DNA of 63,327 bases, filler included, from Kipferlia bialata (taxonomy: Eukaryota), in assembly GCA_003568945.1 (NCBI GenBank). It is 8 parts of 8 records of this genome, joined end to end, with 100 filler letters (N's around TTAATTAATTAA, not from the genome) between each part and the next. Parts side by side here need not be neighbours in the genome. Positions count along the whole stretch, not along the records: positions 37,736 to 48,838 come from BDIP01001294.1; positions 48,939 to 55,255 come from BDIP01001295.1; 6 more parts are not named here. One strand, written 5' to 3'. A program made the position numbers and the translations under genes. Under the pieces are notes generated by a model that made no database searches, was not told the DNA's origin, and saw only the letters and a list, made by a program, of their open reading frames with translations. Of this stretch, positions 37,850-50,079 are shown in pieces; the stretch's first letter is position 1, and every line of letters starts with the position of its first letter.

Positions 37850-40737
37850 CCGAGACCATCAGACACCACGGCAACAAGAGTGACACGGTGTGTCTCATAG
37901 ACTCCAATGTGTCAGAAAACGGAATCAAGGTACCCCCCCTCACTCTTTCCCTCTCTCTATTGCAACATCTCTAACCCTCCCCCCCCCCTCCCCCCCTCCC
38001 TTCCCCCCAGGTCCTGTCCTCTGCCTTCACCCATGTGGTCAGAGTGTCACTCCACGAACACGAGGTACAGGATGTGTTAATAAACATTCCTCGTTTCTCT
38101 CTCTCTCTCTCTCCCCCTTCTTCTTCTCTTCTCTCTCTCTCTCCCACATCCAGTGCAATATGCCCCGGTGGGAGAGGTTCAAGGAACTCTACGCCTGGCT
38201 ACCAGGTATTAGAAGTTACACATATGGACTTTCTGCTGTATTCCATGTCCCTGTCTCTCCTCACCCCCAGCCTGTTTCACCAAGCTGGCATGCCTCCGCC
38301 TCCACCCATACAACAAGGTAGAGAGGGGTGTCTATGGGTGGTGGTGGTGGTGGTGGATTATCATATCTCCACATATCTAAATGATTCTCACCTGAGGTCC
38401 TTTTCTTCGATGCTGATATGATCTGTCTAGGGGTGGTTGACCATGCCTTTGCCCTCAATGCACCTGCCGGGGTCATGATGACCAGGAAGAACGCAGGTAT
38501 ATATATACTATATGTTATGCTTATGGAGGACTATGCACCATGATGTCGTCCCCACCCCAGGTCTCCCCCATGGGTCCCCTGTCCCAGAGAGGGACCTCAG
38601 GATGAGTCTCAAGGGGTACGGTGGCTGTTACTCAATCACCTAGTGTTCATATACCGCATACACAGTCCATACTGTCTCACCCAAAGGTCCTATGGTATGT
38701 CCGGTGCATGTTGGTTACTGGAGCCAAGTGAAGAGGACCACAAGGTGCATACATACATGTATGACATTATCAGTGTGTCCCTATTCTGTATGTGTGTATC
38801 CTATGTCACCGCTACCCCCCTCTCCCCCCCAGGCCATGCTGGCCTCTGTGGATGGGTATGGCAGTGACAAGTATGGAGATAGGGTGCTGTGTGCTGGGCC
38901 AGACGAACAGCTGGTGTCGCTGCACTACATGAACAAGCGGTGCGGCATACATTGACGTACTGTATGGAGAGGTACTCGGTGTCTGACCCCCCCCCCCTAT
39001 CCTCTCTGACCCCAGCGCCCCTGACGCCCCCTTCACCCCCTGGACCAACATCGGCAGGGTGTTCAACTGTGTGTCCTGGCAGAAGGGTACGTTGTTGAGT
39101 GTGTCCCAGGAGTAGGTCCACCCATCATATCCCATACCACCCTTTGACCCCAGGTGATGTGGAGTGTGGCAAGCTGAGACTGCTCGACATGCCTAGGTAT
39201 AAAGGAATAGGGCAAGGGGGGGGCTCGCTGGGAAATAGGAGTATGTGGACTCTTCTATACCATACAAGTATTGATGTCATTGCATCTAGTCAACAACTAG
39301 TGCTTACCTCAGGTCAGGCCCAGGTGCCCAGGTGCCTCAACCTATGCCGGCTAGTCCCAGGTGTGCACACTCTATATATGCATAAATATATGTGAATGTC
39401 TTTCGTGTGCCAACCCTCTTCCTCTCATTGACAGTCGCTACTCGATAGGCGAGGACGGTACTGCCACACTGCTACCCCGCACTGAGGGAGAGACAGGGAT
39501 GGACGCTGAGGAAGAGAGCAGAGAGAGGGCTGTGCGTGTGCTGCACTATGTGACTGAGAAGCCATGGAACGCAGACCCGGCTGCACCTTCAAGGTGGGTC
39601 ATTCATAGGATTCATAATCATATGTATAGCCACCCATACAAGGAATTCTGCAATAGTCCTACTGTCATACACAATGAGTAGAGGGTTAGTGCTGAAATGA
39701 TCTTAACACTTAGGGAGAAGAAGCAGCTCTGGCCCGACTACAAGATATGGTACGAGTCCCTGGAGAGGATAAAGGCAGGCACGGGAGTGTGAAGTGTGGG
39801 ATCACTCTGTATCACCTCTATATTGATTACAGTTAGTTGTATATATCTATGGCTCAATATCCTTCTGACCCGCCTAACCCCAGTTCTGGGTGACGATGCC
39901 TCTCTGGCCACACCGGCAGTGGTGGATGGGGCAGGTGGGGAGTATCTGTAATCTAATGCTGGGGAGAGAGATATCCATTGACCGTATAGTGGTGGCCTTC
40001 TGTTTACGGATCTAAATACTTGGGAGAGTTCTAACCTGACTGCCCACCCACCGACAGGCGTTGAGTGAGTGAGTGAGACCAAGCCCCCCCAGCCCATCCT
40101 ACCAACCTCATGGGCTGATGACATAACATGTATAATATACATATACTATATATGTATATACTGTATATATTCCTGTATACATCCACTTACCGCAGCAGGT
40201 GTGCCCATCCTGCCAACCTCATGGGCCGAGGATCAGTTTGTGACACAGGTATGGCAGAGAGGCATCATATGTATATACATGCATGTGCCCTTCCTGACCC
40301 CTAAGGCCGACGCTGACAAGGCATTTGGGAAGACACCTAACAAGAAGACCTTCAGCAACAGACCTAGGTATGGGCAGAGGCATCTCCTACACACACCCCT
40401 TCTATCTCTCTCTCTCTCTTCCTTACTCAAGGGACTCCTTCCGTGGCCGGTCCAACAATCGTGGCAGGTGGGTGTCACATGAGTGTGTATATATAGTGTG
40501 AACACTCATGTACTATGATATTACTACGTAACGCTATGAGAAGTGATACCCACATCTCCGACCCTTACGAGTAGAGGCAGCGGCCGCACTCCCTATGGGG
40601 GAGGGGGTACCATGCGGGGTGGCTTCAGAGGTGGGGACAGGGGATCTTCTAGGGGATGGGCGGCAGGGAGAGAGAGAAATGGGGAGGGTAACCAGTTCAT
40701 GCCAAGGTCTCCTGTGGCCAAGAAGAAGTTCAGCTAA
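37850..40737 (+). CDS. 5'-partial glycosyltransferase family 8 (glycogenin-like) protein, probably extended through a GC-AG intron into an RGG-rich tail
   Basis: Spliced motifs CFTKLACLRLHPYNKVLFFDADM (DxD), GACWLLEPS, GPDEQLVS, FN and VLHYVTEKPW. The unspliced reading stops at 39790-39792; in-phase downstream exons continue to a stop at 40735-40737. Confidence 0.8.
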
Positions 40738-41042
40738 CCTAGTATTGTCGAGGTCTCATATTGTATCTAAAGATACAGAAGAATATACCACACCCCAGTG
40801 TATGGTAGACACGTTGTGTAGGGCCACCTTCCTATATTTGTCTCTTGACAAGACTTGTCACACAGTCTTTCCGGTTTGTACCCGATCGGACTCCGACCTG
40901 TCAGCGTCTCAACGTGCTCATCAGAAGGGTATCATTTGCCTGTTCATCGGCCTGTAACAGGGCCTCACCAGCCTAGAACCCCATATTTGCCTATTCTAAC
41001 CCACCACTGATACTCCTGAGTTGTCTTGAGTGGATTTGAGTG

Positions 41043-43277
41043 ATGTCCACCTCTGTTGCGCACAGATCTGGTCGCTGCATCGTCTCTGAGGGCCCAGCGA
41101 CCATCCTAGGGCAGTCTGGACACCCACAGACACCAGAGTCCCGCATTCCGTCCTTCCTGAGCCCCAGGTCCAGCTCCCAAAGGGTGAATCCTCAGCCTTT
41201 GGCCAGGAGCGGCAGCAAGACCCCTCTCAGACCACGCCCCCCACACCCCACTCCCCCCACCAGAACACACGGCGAGACAGAGCTCCCTCGGGGAACGCCG
41301 AGATCTGCTAGGGACCCTAGAGAGCGGCAGTATGTCTCTTCGGACAGAGTGCGTCCCTCACAGTCTCTGAGAGACAGGCCCAGGAGCTCCTCTCGCAACC
41401 CCAGGGTGCCTAGACAGGTGCGGAACACCAGACGGATACAGGAGGAGGACGCTCTGGTGGGTATCTTCAATGTCGCCATGGGAGGCTCCACCCCTAGGGG
41501 GTCAGGTGATGATGACAGGAGCAAGCACATCAGCCGGAGGCGTCACTCCAGCGCCATGGATCAGTGGAGTGAGAGGGTCAGGCGCCACAAGCCCACACCA
41601 GGTACCCACTTGTATGTCATGGTTACGCATTTACCCATATCTACCCTCTTGTGATACTCAAACTGATAGTCTCCTATCCGACCCTCAGGCGTATATCTGT
41701 CACTCAGTCCATTCCCCCATTCAATCATCATAGAGTTTACATGAGTTTGCCGATCTCTATATCTCCCCTGTCTTCTATCTAACTGTCCAGGGTGCAAGTA
41801 CAACCCAGAGAGCGGAGAGCGTTACCTTCGCAGCATTCCTGGTGAGTATATGTATTATTAACACTGATGAATGACACATGGAGTTCTATTCTGCCATCCT
41901 CACTCTATCTCTCTACCCCCCCCCTCACCCCCCAGGCCATGGCTGTGCCAGTTCAGTCCAGTCCAGAGACGACCGGAGCTCATACCTCGGAAGGTGTGCA
42001 TTACTGTGTACCGCCATCGTCCAATCACTCCCTACCTCAGTCCAAGCTCACGTCTCCCCCTCACCCCCAGGTCTAACGCTTCCATCCCCACCTTCCCCAC
42101 CCCTGGGCCTGGTGTGTACAAGCTGCCTGATCTCTTTGCCCCAGAGAGCAACTCCCCTTCAGGTACCTTTCTCTCACCGCCCTTTTCCTCTACATCATGT
42201 AGGGAGTGTCCTTCCCCCCCCCCCCCTCCCCCACCCCAGACCGTGTGGGCACCCCTCTGTCTCAGGTGGCAGGTGCCAGTTCCCGAAGAGGCAGCCGCAT
42301 CAACGCCACCCCCCGCACCCTGGGCTCCCCTTTCAGTACACCTGGTAGTCACAGGGGAGGGGCACCCTCACCCCCATCAGGGTCACCGGCATCCCCTGGG
42401 TTCTCCACCAGCAGGAGTGGGTTTGCATCCCCCTCTGCCTCAGGACGCATGAGAGATGGAGAGGGAGAGAGAGGGGTGAGGGTGGATGCCCAGCAGAGGT
42501 GGCCAACAACATCCCAGGTACAATACGTCACATTGTGTGCACTCTTATTAGCATAAGCACCTGCAATATCCAGGCTTACGTACATTTTCATCATCACATG
42601 TTGCCGATGCATCCCTCCCCGTGTCTGACCCCCAGGCCACCATGCGTACCCCCACTGCAGTCCAGCCAAACAGTGGGGTGCCTCTACAGAAGGTGGGGCC
42701 TACATTGCTCTCACAAACATACCTGTATACCTGTATACCTGTATACCTATATGTATGTGTGTCATTCCCTTACCCCTCAGGCCACTGCTAGGCGTCCTCT
42801 GCCGTCCCTGAACCCTACCAGTCCCCCAAGCACAAAGTGAGTGATTTCATTTGTTTACATGCTCTAGTATCTATATCCTCTTATTCCCAAGTACAAAAGT
42901 GAGTGTAAACTCCACTCTGTCTCTCACACCCTCCCTTCTTCTCGTTAGCATATCCTCTTACACCCCCAGGTACTGTCCCAGTGATGTGACCACATCCAGA
43001 CGCAAGCATGATGGGAAGAGACACTCGTCTGCAGCAAGGTGGGATGCTATATAATCTACTGTCTATATCTTGTCCAATATTGCTTAATACACCCTCACTG
43101 TCAGGGGTGGGAGTGGTGCCATCTCATATGCACACAGCAGTCCGAGAGATGTGTCTGGGTGGCTGCTGTCCCAGTGAGAGGGAGATAAGGAGGTTGGTTG
43201 AGAGAGGGAGAGAGGGAGAGGGAGAGAAGTACCGGAAGGATAGGGGAGACATCGTCTTCTTTACACAGTTCCCCTAA
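41043..43277 (+). CDS. Hypothetical S/P/R-rich disordered protein with one TPGPGxY (SHIPPO/STPGR-like) motif
   Basis: ATG at 41043, long first exon to 41601, several GT-AG exons, FPTPGPGVYKLP at ~42092-42128 and a stop at 43275-43277. Confidence 0.6.
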
Positions 43278-43632
43278 TCTCTCTGTTCTGTATGTAACAT
43301 AATGTATTGTATTGTATTGTAGTAGTAGTTTTGTTTATGTTGAAGAGAGCGTTAAGCAACAATAGATCGATTGTTGCATTATCTCAGTCCCTCCCTGTTC
43401 CGTATTCTTAGCTCTTCCACAAAAGAGAGTGTACCCCTGACCCACGTGACACACAAACGTCACATATATCCATAAAGTATTTACCATTTACACTGATCAA
43501 ACCCAGTTGCTAGTGCCGGAGAGAGGACACTTATCCTGACCTAGCAACCGAGACCGGTATCACACACAAAACCATACACATCTACCCTATTCTCCCACGC
43601 ACTTGACTCTCCTCTCTCTCTCTCTCTCTCCC

Positions 43633-45230
43633 TCAGTCCACCTTGACCACTGCTGGTGTGACATTCATGCCCTCTGATGCCTCCCCCCCTGTGGACAGGG
43701 TGGGGGTGGCAGGTCGGGACAGAGAGGCAGAGACGGTGGGGGTGCCACTAGACGCAGAGACAGGTCTGCGGTGAGGGGGGGGGGGAGACATCATAGTGCC
43801 CCGTCTACCATATATATACAATACATATATGCATCCTACCTAGGGCTCTGTGTGAGTGGGCTGGTCTGGCCTCTCCTGGTGACCCTCTTGGCATCGAGGG
43901 AGGAGGGCTGGGGGTGAGGGGGCAGCATACCACTTGTCCCACACTTGTATATATAGAGTGCATGTCAAGGTACCTTGGGCAGAGAGAGTACCTGGGAGAG
44001 GGTAGCTGTGGGTGCAGGTCTAGGCCTGACAGCTGTGGGTGACACATCACCAGAGGAGTGCATGGGGAAGGAACGCTCCCTGTCGCTCTGGGGTCAGTGT
44101 CACTGAAGGAGACTACTGGGAAGCATGAGAGAGAGAGAGAGAGTACCTGTGTGGTGGACACGCTCAGCCTACTCCTGGACCCACGTCCTGCACTGGGGGA
44201 CCTGGGGGTAAGTGACATCCAAGTACACTATAGAAACATATATAGACGTATTCCCATAAACACGTACCGCATGTCTGGGAGTGCGTTGCTGACCCCTGGG
44301 ACATTGGCAGGCATGGACGTGGAGGAGGGCATGGGGCTGGACAGGACATCCAGGTCATCCTGGGTGGTGAGGGGGATGATAGAGAGAGACAGACACACAA
44401 ACATACACCGGGCACCACTCAGCTCCCTGTCTACTACCATACCACCCGTACCTTTCTCTTTGTCTGCAGGTGCTGCTGGATCCTGGAAGGTGTGCCGTAC
44501 CTGGCCCTGAACTGCTCCAGCAGCTTCTGCCTCTCCCTGGTGGGTCAGAATACACACACATACATGAGTGCCACTGACACACCAATCCGTATTCCCCTCC
44601 TATTCACATGACCTTACCTGCTGACAGGGAGATTGGATGGGGACACAGGCCTGGAGATACGCCTGGGATAAAAAAGTAGTAAGATTAGTGTGTAATATAG
44701 TGTAAGGCACTGTATCTGAATATACACCCCCCTACCTCGCTGGTGCTGGTGTGTCTCCCTGCTTGGCCAGGGTGGGCTGGATGGAGGTGAGGCCACCCGC
44801 AGTCTGCTTAACACGCTGCAGGCCCTCGCTAGTCTCTCTCTCTGCCTCCTCGATGGCCTTCCGGCCTGACACGGCCAGGGTGTCCTTGACGGTGGAGGAC
44901 CCAGCCTCTGGGGGGTCAGGGATAGTAGAGGGGGGGGCAGTTGGAGAGAGATGAGAATATCCACCAGTATAGAGTACTCCTCCACCCACCCAGTGTCTGC
45001 TGCAGAGTGGACAGAGCAGTGGTCGCAGTGCCCTCCGTGCCAGAGGCCACGCTCTTGAGGGTGGCCACGTTGTCGTGTAGGGTGTCTGAGGGTGAGACTG
45101 TCACAGACAATTGAGAGAGTATTATGATGACCGACACCCACCCCTGAGCTGCCCTGTCTCCCTGGTGACCTGTGCCACCAGACGCTGCTGCAGCACACCA
45201 ACCTCAGACACGTACCTAGGGTCAGAGACG

Positions 45231-45262
<32 letters not shown>

Positions 45263-45928
45263 CCAGCGCCACGTACTGTCTTGTGTTTCCAGCTGCCTGG
45301 TCTGCCCTGTCAAGGACTGCCAGACACTCAGGAAGGGAGGTCTGGAGCATCTCCTGAGGGTAAGAGAGGGGGAGGGGGGTTTATACAGAGTATGTATCTA
45401 TAAAAACATCCCGCCCTGTACCTGCTGGGCCTTGCCCCCTCTGTATGATATGTCAGCGGTGGCCAGCTGGGCCTCTCTCTCTCCCTTGTCCTGACCGTCA
45501 GAGGGATGGTGAGGGGGATGCACAGTGTATCAGTGTATCAGTCTACGGTACCTGTATGCGTGTGAGGGATGTGCTGCAGTCCGTGACCCTCTCTGTCACC
45601 TCAGCGTGCAGACCCCGGGAGGACTCAACGCCTGAGAGTCAGAGAGAGTGGATATAGTAATAGATATGCACATCTACCACTCACCCACGTCCAGTGTTGA
45701 GCACAGCTCCTCCACTGTCCGGAACCTGGTCTCGGAGGAACGCTGCCTGCCCTGGGGTGAGGGACATATCCTGCCATATACTATATATACATATATAGTA
45801 TATGGCAAACGCGGTACATGTATATGCTTGTGTATGTGTACATATATACCCATACCTGCTGCAGTGCACTGGCCACCGCATTCATGATGGCCTCCTCCTG
45901 CTCGTCGGCCTGTCTCTCCTGCTCCTCT
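43633..45928 (-). CDS. 3' part of a coiled-coil protein with an S/P/T-rich tail (5' part in the N gap)
   Basis: About 14 short minus-strand exons with canonical sites, e.g. EEQERQADEQEEAIMNAVASALQ and RKAIEEAERETSEGLQRVKQ; stop at 43633. Confidence 0.6.
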
Positions 45929-46420
45929 CTGGGGTGAGGGGGGGGGGGGGGGGTATACAGGGGATATGGATGTGANNNNNNNNNNNNNNNNNNNNNNNNN
46001 NNNNNNNNNNNNNNNNNNNNNNNNNNNNNNNNNNNNNNNNNNNNNNNNNNNNNNNNNNNNNNNNNNNNNNNNNNNNNNNNNNNNNNNNNNNNNNNNNNNN
46101 NNNNNNNNNNNNNNNNNNNNNNNNNNNNNNNNNNNNNNNNNNNNNNNNNNNNNNNNNNNNNNNNNNNNNNNNNNNNNNNNNNNNNNNNNNNNNNNNNNNN
46201 NNNNNNNNNNNNNNNNNNNNNNNNNNNNNNNNNNNNNNNNNNNNNNNNNNNNNNNNNNNNNNNNNNNNNNNNNNNNNNNNNNNNNNNNNNNNNNNNNNNN
46301 NNNNNNNNNNNNNNNNNNNNNNNNNNNNNNNNNNNNNNNNNNNNNNNNNNNNNNNNCTTGGAAATGCCCCCCCCCAATCCAATCCCCCCCCCCCCCTGTA
46401 TAACTGCCCCCCCACCCCAG

Positions 46421-47101
46421 GCCAGCCCGTGTTCTCCAGACCCTCCGGTCTGCAGGGCATCACCAGGTCTGTGGCAGTGCACCCCGAGTGTGGGTTGTTG
46501 GCTGTCGGTGGGAGCTGCGGTGTGGTGCTCCTCCATGATGTTCGGACAGCCAGGCCCGTGCGCACCTTGCGTCCCTCCCCCTGCGGCGTGTCGTCCCTGT
46601 CCTTCCACCCCTCGGGCACCCGGCTCTGCATCGGGGCCGAGGACAGTGCCATCCGGGTCCAGGACCTGCTCTCCGGCACAGCCACCCAGGCCGTGCTGGG
46701 GCATGCCTCCACAGTGTCCGGTCTGCAGTGGGGATGCCTGGGAGGGAGGGGCGGAGAGCTGCTGCTCAGCACATCCCCCAGACGCCTTGCCCTGCACAGG
46801 TGGAGTGCCTTCCAGCACCTGGCCACCCCCCAGGTACGTGCCGGGTATCTGCCACTCACTCTCAGTCTTTCTGTCTCTATCGCTCCCATATAGCCCACCC
46901 TCACCCCAGGTTCTGCGCACCTCCAACTCCCCCGCCCCTGCCATCCTGTGTGCCGCCCTGGACAAGGCCGACATGCACGGCACAGAGTCCTTCTACGCTA
47001 GTCAGTATGGCGAGGCCGAGTCCGAGTACGTTGTGTATGGAGACCACTCAGGCCGGCTTAGCGTTGCATGCATAGCCCCAGAGGGAGATGTCGAGATGTG
47101 A
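46421..47101 (+). CDS. C-terminal part of a WD40-repeat protein (possibly TAF5-like)
   Basis: Exons 46421-46833 and 46910-47101; WD blades SVAVHPECGLLAVGG..VLLHDVR, VSSLSFHPSGTRLCIGAEDSAIRVQDL and LGHASTVSGLQW. Confidence 0.75.
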   Translation, partial: ASPCSPDPPVCRASPGLWQCTPSVGCWLSVGAAVWCSSMMFGQPGPCAPCVPPPAACRPCPSTPRAPGSASGPRTVPSGSRTCSPAQPPRPCWGMPPQCPVCSGDAWEGGAESCCSAHPPDALPCTGGVPSSTWPPPRYVPGICHSLSVFLSLSLPYSPPSPQVLRTSNSPAPAILCAALDKADMHGTESFYASQYGEAESEYVVYGDHSGRLSVACIAPEGDVEM

Positions 47102-47645
47102 GAGTGTCATTTACAATGATTGGCCAATAGAAGCTTAAAATAGTCTATTGTGTCATAGCGGAACCACATATGATACTTAATTTTCGTAATTCTGAGTAAG
47201 TATGTATGGTCCTCAGTCAACAATCATGGTGATTCTGTGTGTGACGTAGAGAGAATCTATGTTTTTGGCGGCTATCAATGTGACGTATTAATAACGTCAC
47301 TGACGTATGAGGGCCAACTAAAGGGGGTATACTAGTATTTTTGTTCTAGATGTTCCCACGTGAGAAGTGGATTAAGGAGTTGAGTCCTGAGGATAGGGCG
47401 GTTGTAGAAAGAGTGGAAAGAGAGAGAGGAACAGAATAATTGGCTGTATTATTACTTGTGTGTATCAGGGAGCAATAGATTATAGTCTCTGCTGTATATC
47501 TTACCCACATGAATAGGTGATAGAGGCTAGGTTAATTACTTAATTACTTACTTTTTTTTTGTCCAGTTGAGTTCTAGATTCTAAGCAATCGTACCGACAA
47601 GACATGTCATGACTCGCTCCGTGTCTCTCTTTAAGCAATTAAGAG

Positions 47646-48194
47646 ATGTCCATGACCCAGGAGCAGAAGCAGGCGCTTGTGAACGAGGTATGCGCCGTAT
47701 TCTTCATGTTGTGTGTTGTTTTAACGGGGCGTGGCCATATGATTGTTCTTCTTTAAATTGATGAAGCAACCTTTATCCTCTCACGCCCTCTCATGCCGTC
47801 TCTGACTTCTCAGGCAGTTGAGGCTGGCAAGAACGCCTACTGCATCTACTCCAAGTACGTTGTGGGAGCCTGTCTTCAGACCCCCTCCGGCAAGTACATC
47901 CGGGGATGCAATGTGGAGAACGCCTCCTACGGTGCCTCCATCTGTGCCGAGAGGTGCGCAGTGTTCTCTGCTGTGGCCCAGGGTGAGCGTGAGTTCGATG
48001 CGGTTGCTGTGATTGGCATGGGAGGTGCTGTCCCCTGCGGCATGTGCAGACAGGTGCTGAACGAGTTCAACCCCAAGATGGTGGTGCTGGTGGGAGACCT
48101 CGACGGCAAGATCGTGCTCGACACCACCCTCGACTACATGCTGCCCCATGCCTTCGGTCCCTCCAACCTGCTGGACCTCAACCTCAAGGAGTGA
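47646..48194 (+). CDS. CDA: Homotetrameric-type cytidine deaminase, 140 aa, 2 exons (47646-47687, 47814-48194)
   Basis: AYCIYSKYVVGA, GCNVENASYGASICAERCA and PCGMCRQ zinc-binding motifs; phase-0 intron. Confidence 0.95.
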
Positions 48195-48677
48195 TTGTCT
48201 TCTCCTGGCTCTCTTTGAGTCTGTTTTGTGTCCTTAGGTGCTTGGCAACCTTTGCTTTGTTGCAGACTTATAGTCTCTGTGGATCAGAACCCTCCGATGG
48301 CACACGCATCTGCCCATGGTGCGGGAGGGGGATGACCACCAAGCCACATGTTCAATAGATACTGTGTCGTGTATCAGTCCTGTAAATCCTGTAATATATA
48401 CCTACATTATGCCTCCCTCAACATTTGCAGTATCTTGGATCTCTGTGGCAGTCAAAGAAGTGTCATAGTGACCCATATATACAGGGTCAGACCCTACCGG
48501 TGTCCCACGTGTCCAATGAACCCTTAGAGTAGACTGAATGGCACGGCAGTCTCGGTCTCCTTTGCCTGCACTGTCTGGTCTGGACCGTCAGTGTTCACAC
48601 GGGTCGTCAGGTTTCACACTAGTTGGTTAGTGCTGCCGCGGTTGAGGTGTTGACTGGATTGCGGCCTAGTCTAATCC

Positions 48678-48770
48678 ATGGGGTTAGATCACGCAGTTGT
48701 CGATAAGAGACTGTATCTCATATACAGCCTCGCCCTTTGTTCCTTCCTGACGATATTCTTAGGATACGAG
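48678..48770 (+). CDS. Probable first exon of a membrane protein, truncated at the contig end
   Basis: ATG, hydrophobic LYLIYSLALCSFLTIFLGY, then a strong gtaagt donor. Confidence 0.4.
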
Positions 48771-48795
48771 GTAAGTTATGCTCCCTCCTCCTCCT

Positions 48796-48838
<43 letters not shown>

Positions 48839-49302
48839 NNNNNNNNNNNNNNNNNNNNNNNNNNNNNNNNNNNNNNNNNNNNTTAATTAATTAANNNNNN
48901 NNNNNNNNNNNNNNNNNNNNNNNNNNNNNNNNNNNNNNAAGAAGAGGGGAAGGGGGGGGGGGGGGGGGGGGGGGGGGGGGTGGACTATTGTGTGTGTCAT
49001 TGGTACGGGTGTTGTAAACAATGTATATTTGGGCTTCCACTTGCGTGTATAGTCAGTAGTCATATATATATATACATTATGTAGGAAAGCAATTAGTCAA
49101 CTTGCCGAATTGAGGGAGAGGGGGGGGGGGAGACAATGTATATATGTGTGAGATTCTCATTGTCACTACGACGGTGATCATAAAAGTCATATTCAGCAGA
49201 GGGGAGTGGAGTGAAGGAGAATGACAAAAGGAGTAGAGGGAGAGATATATGAAGCGGGGGGGGGGGGGATGGGCTATCCTGCATAGAGAGAGAGACACTC
49301 AC

Positions 49303-49436
49303 CATGTAGACAGAACGTGGGAGAGTACTGTCATGTATATCTCGTTCTCCCCGCACAGGGAACCGGCCCACCCCAGCACACACTCACACACACCATCTGT
49401 CAGAGTGCCATAGGAGCCACAGTCAATATCTGTCAT
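49303..49436 (-). CDS. First exon of a protein with an N-terminal EGF-like motif, truncated
   Basis: MTDIDCGSYGTLTDGVCECVLGWAGSLCGE has the CxC..GW.G..C EGF pattern; gtgagt donor. Confidence 0.6.
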
Positions 49437-50079
49437 AATGCCTCTCTCCCTGTTAAGAACGTGTGGGGCTCCTAGACCCTTCTTCTCCCCTACAAGTGAT
49501 AACAATTATGTCGACTAGCAACCCGGTAGCTTTCTGAGAATTGTGTCACTTAGAAGTAGTCTCTATGGAGAGAGGGAAGACCAGGCTTGCGTGAAAATAT
49601 ATCCGAAATATCGACCGGAAATTAGGGGTCCAGGTTTTTTGCGTATTATAGTATAGTGTATTGATGTGTGTTATGGTATAGTGTATTATTATTTGCATAT
49701 TTATATCCAGTATTCAGTTCCTATACCTATAAAATGACATACAATCAAACCATAGCAGAAAAGGATGTATCACACTGTCTGAGAGATTTCTCTCTCCCTC
49801 TGAAGCTCAGAGTCTGCGTCATTACACTGTGTATTGTGTTAATTGATCCTGAAAGTAGACTGTCCTAGGTACCGTTGGCACATTAGACTCTAGTCACCAA
49901 TTTACCTCAGGGAGTGTATTCTAAACCTAATCTATTCTAGGTTCGACTCCTTCTGGCCCCATCTACACTAGAGAGTCATCTATCACACTATCACACAATG
50001 ATACGATGGTGACTATCGTACTCTCACACACAATTCCTACACCTGAACACTCCACTGAACAGTTCAAAGTCTTTGACCG

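Noticed and set aside
47646..48194. Cytidine deaminase as an APOBEC-like editing or defence gene
   Set aside because: CAE/PCxxC with NVENASY is the ordinary free-nucleoside salvage CDA, and it is on a different contig from the PARP-helicase.
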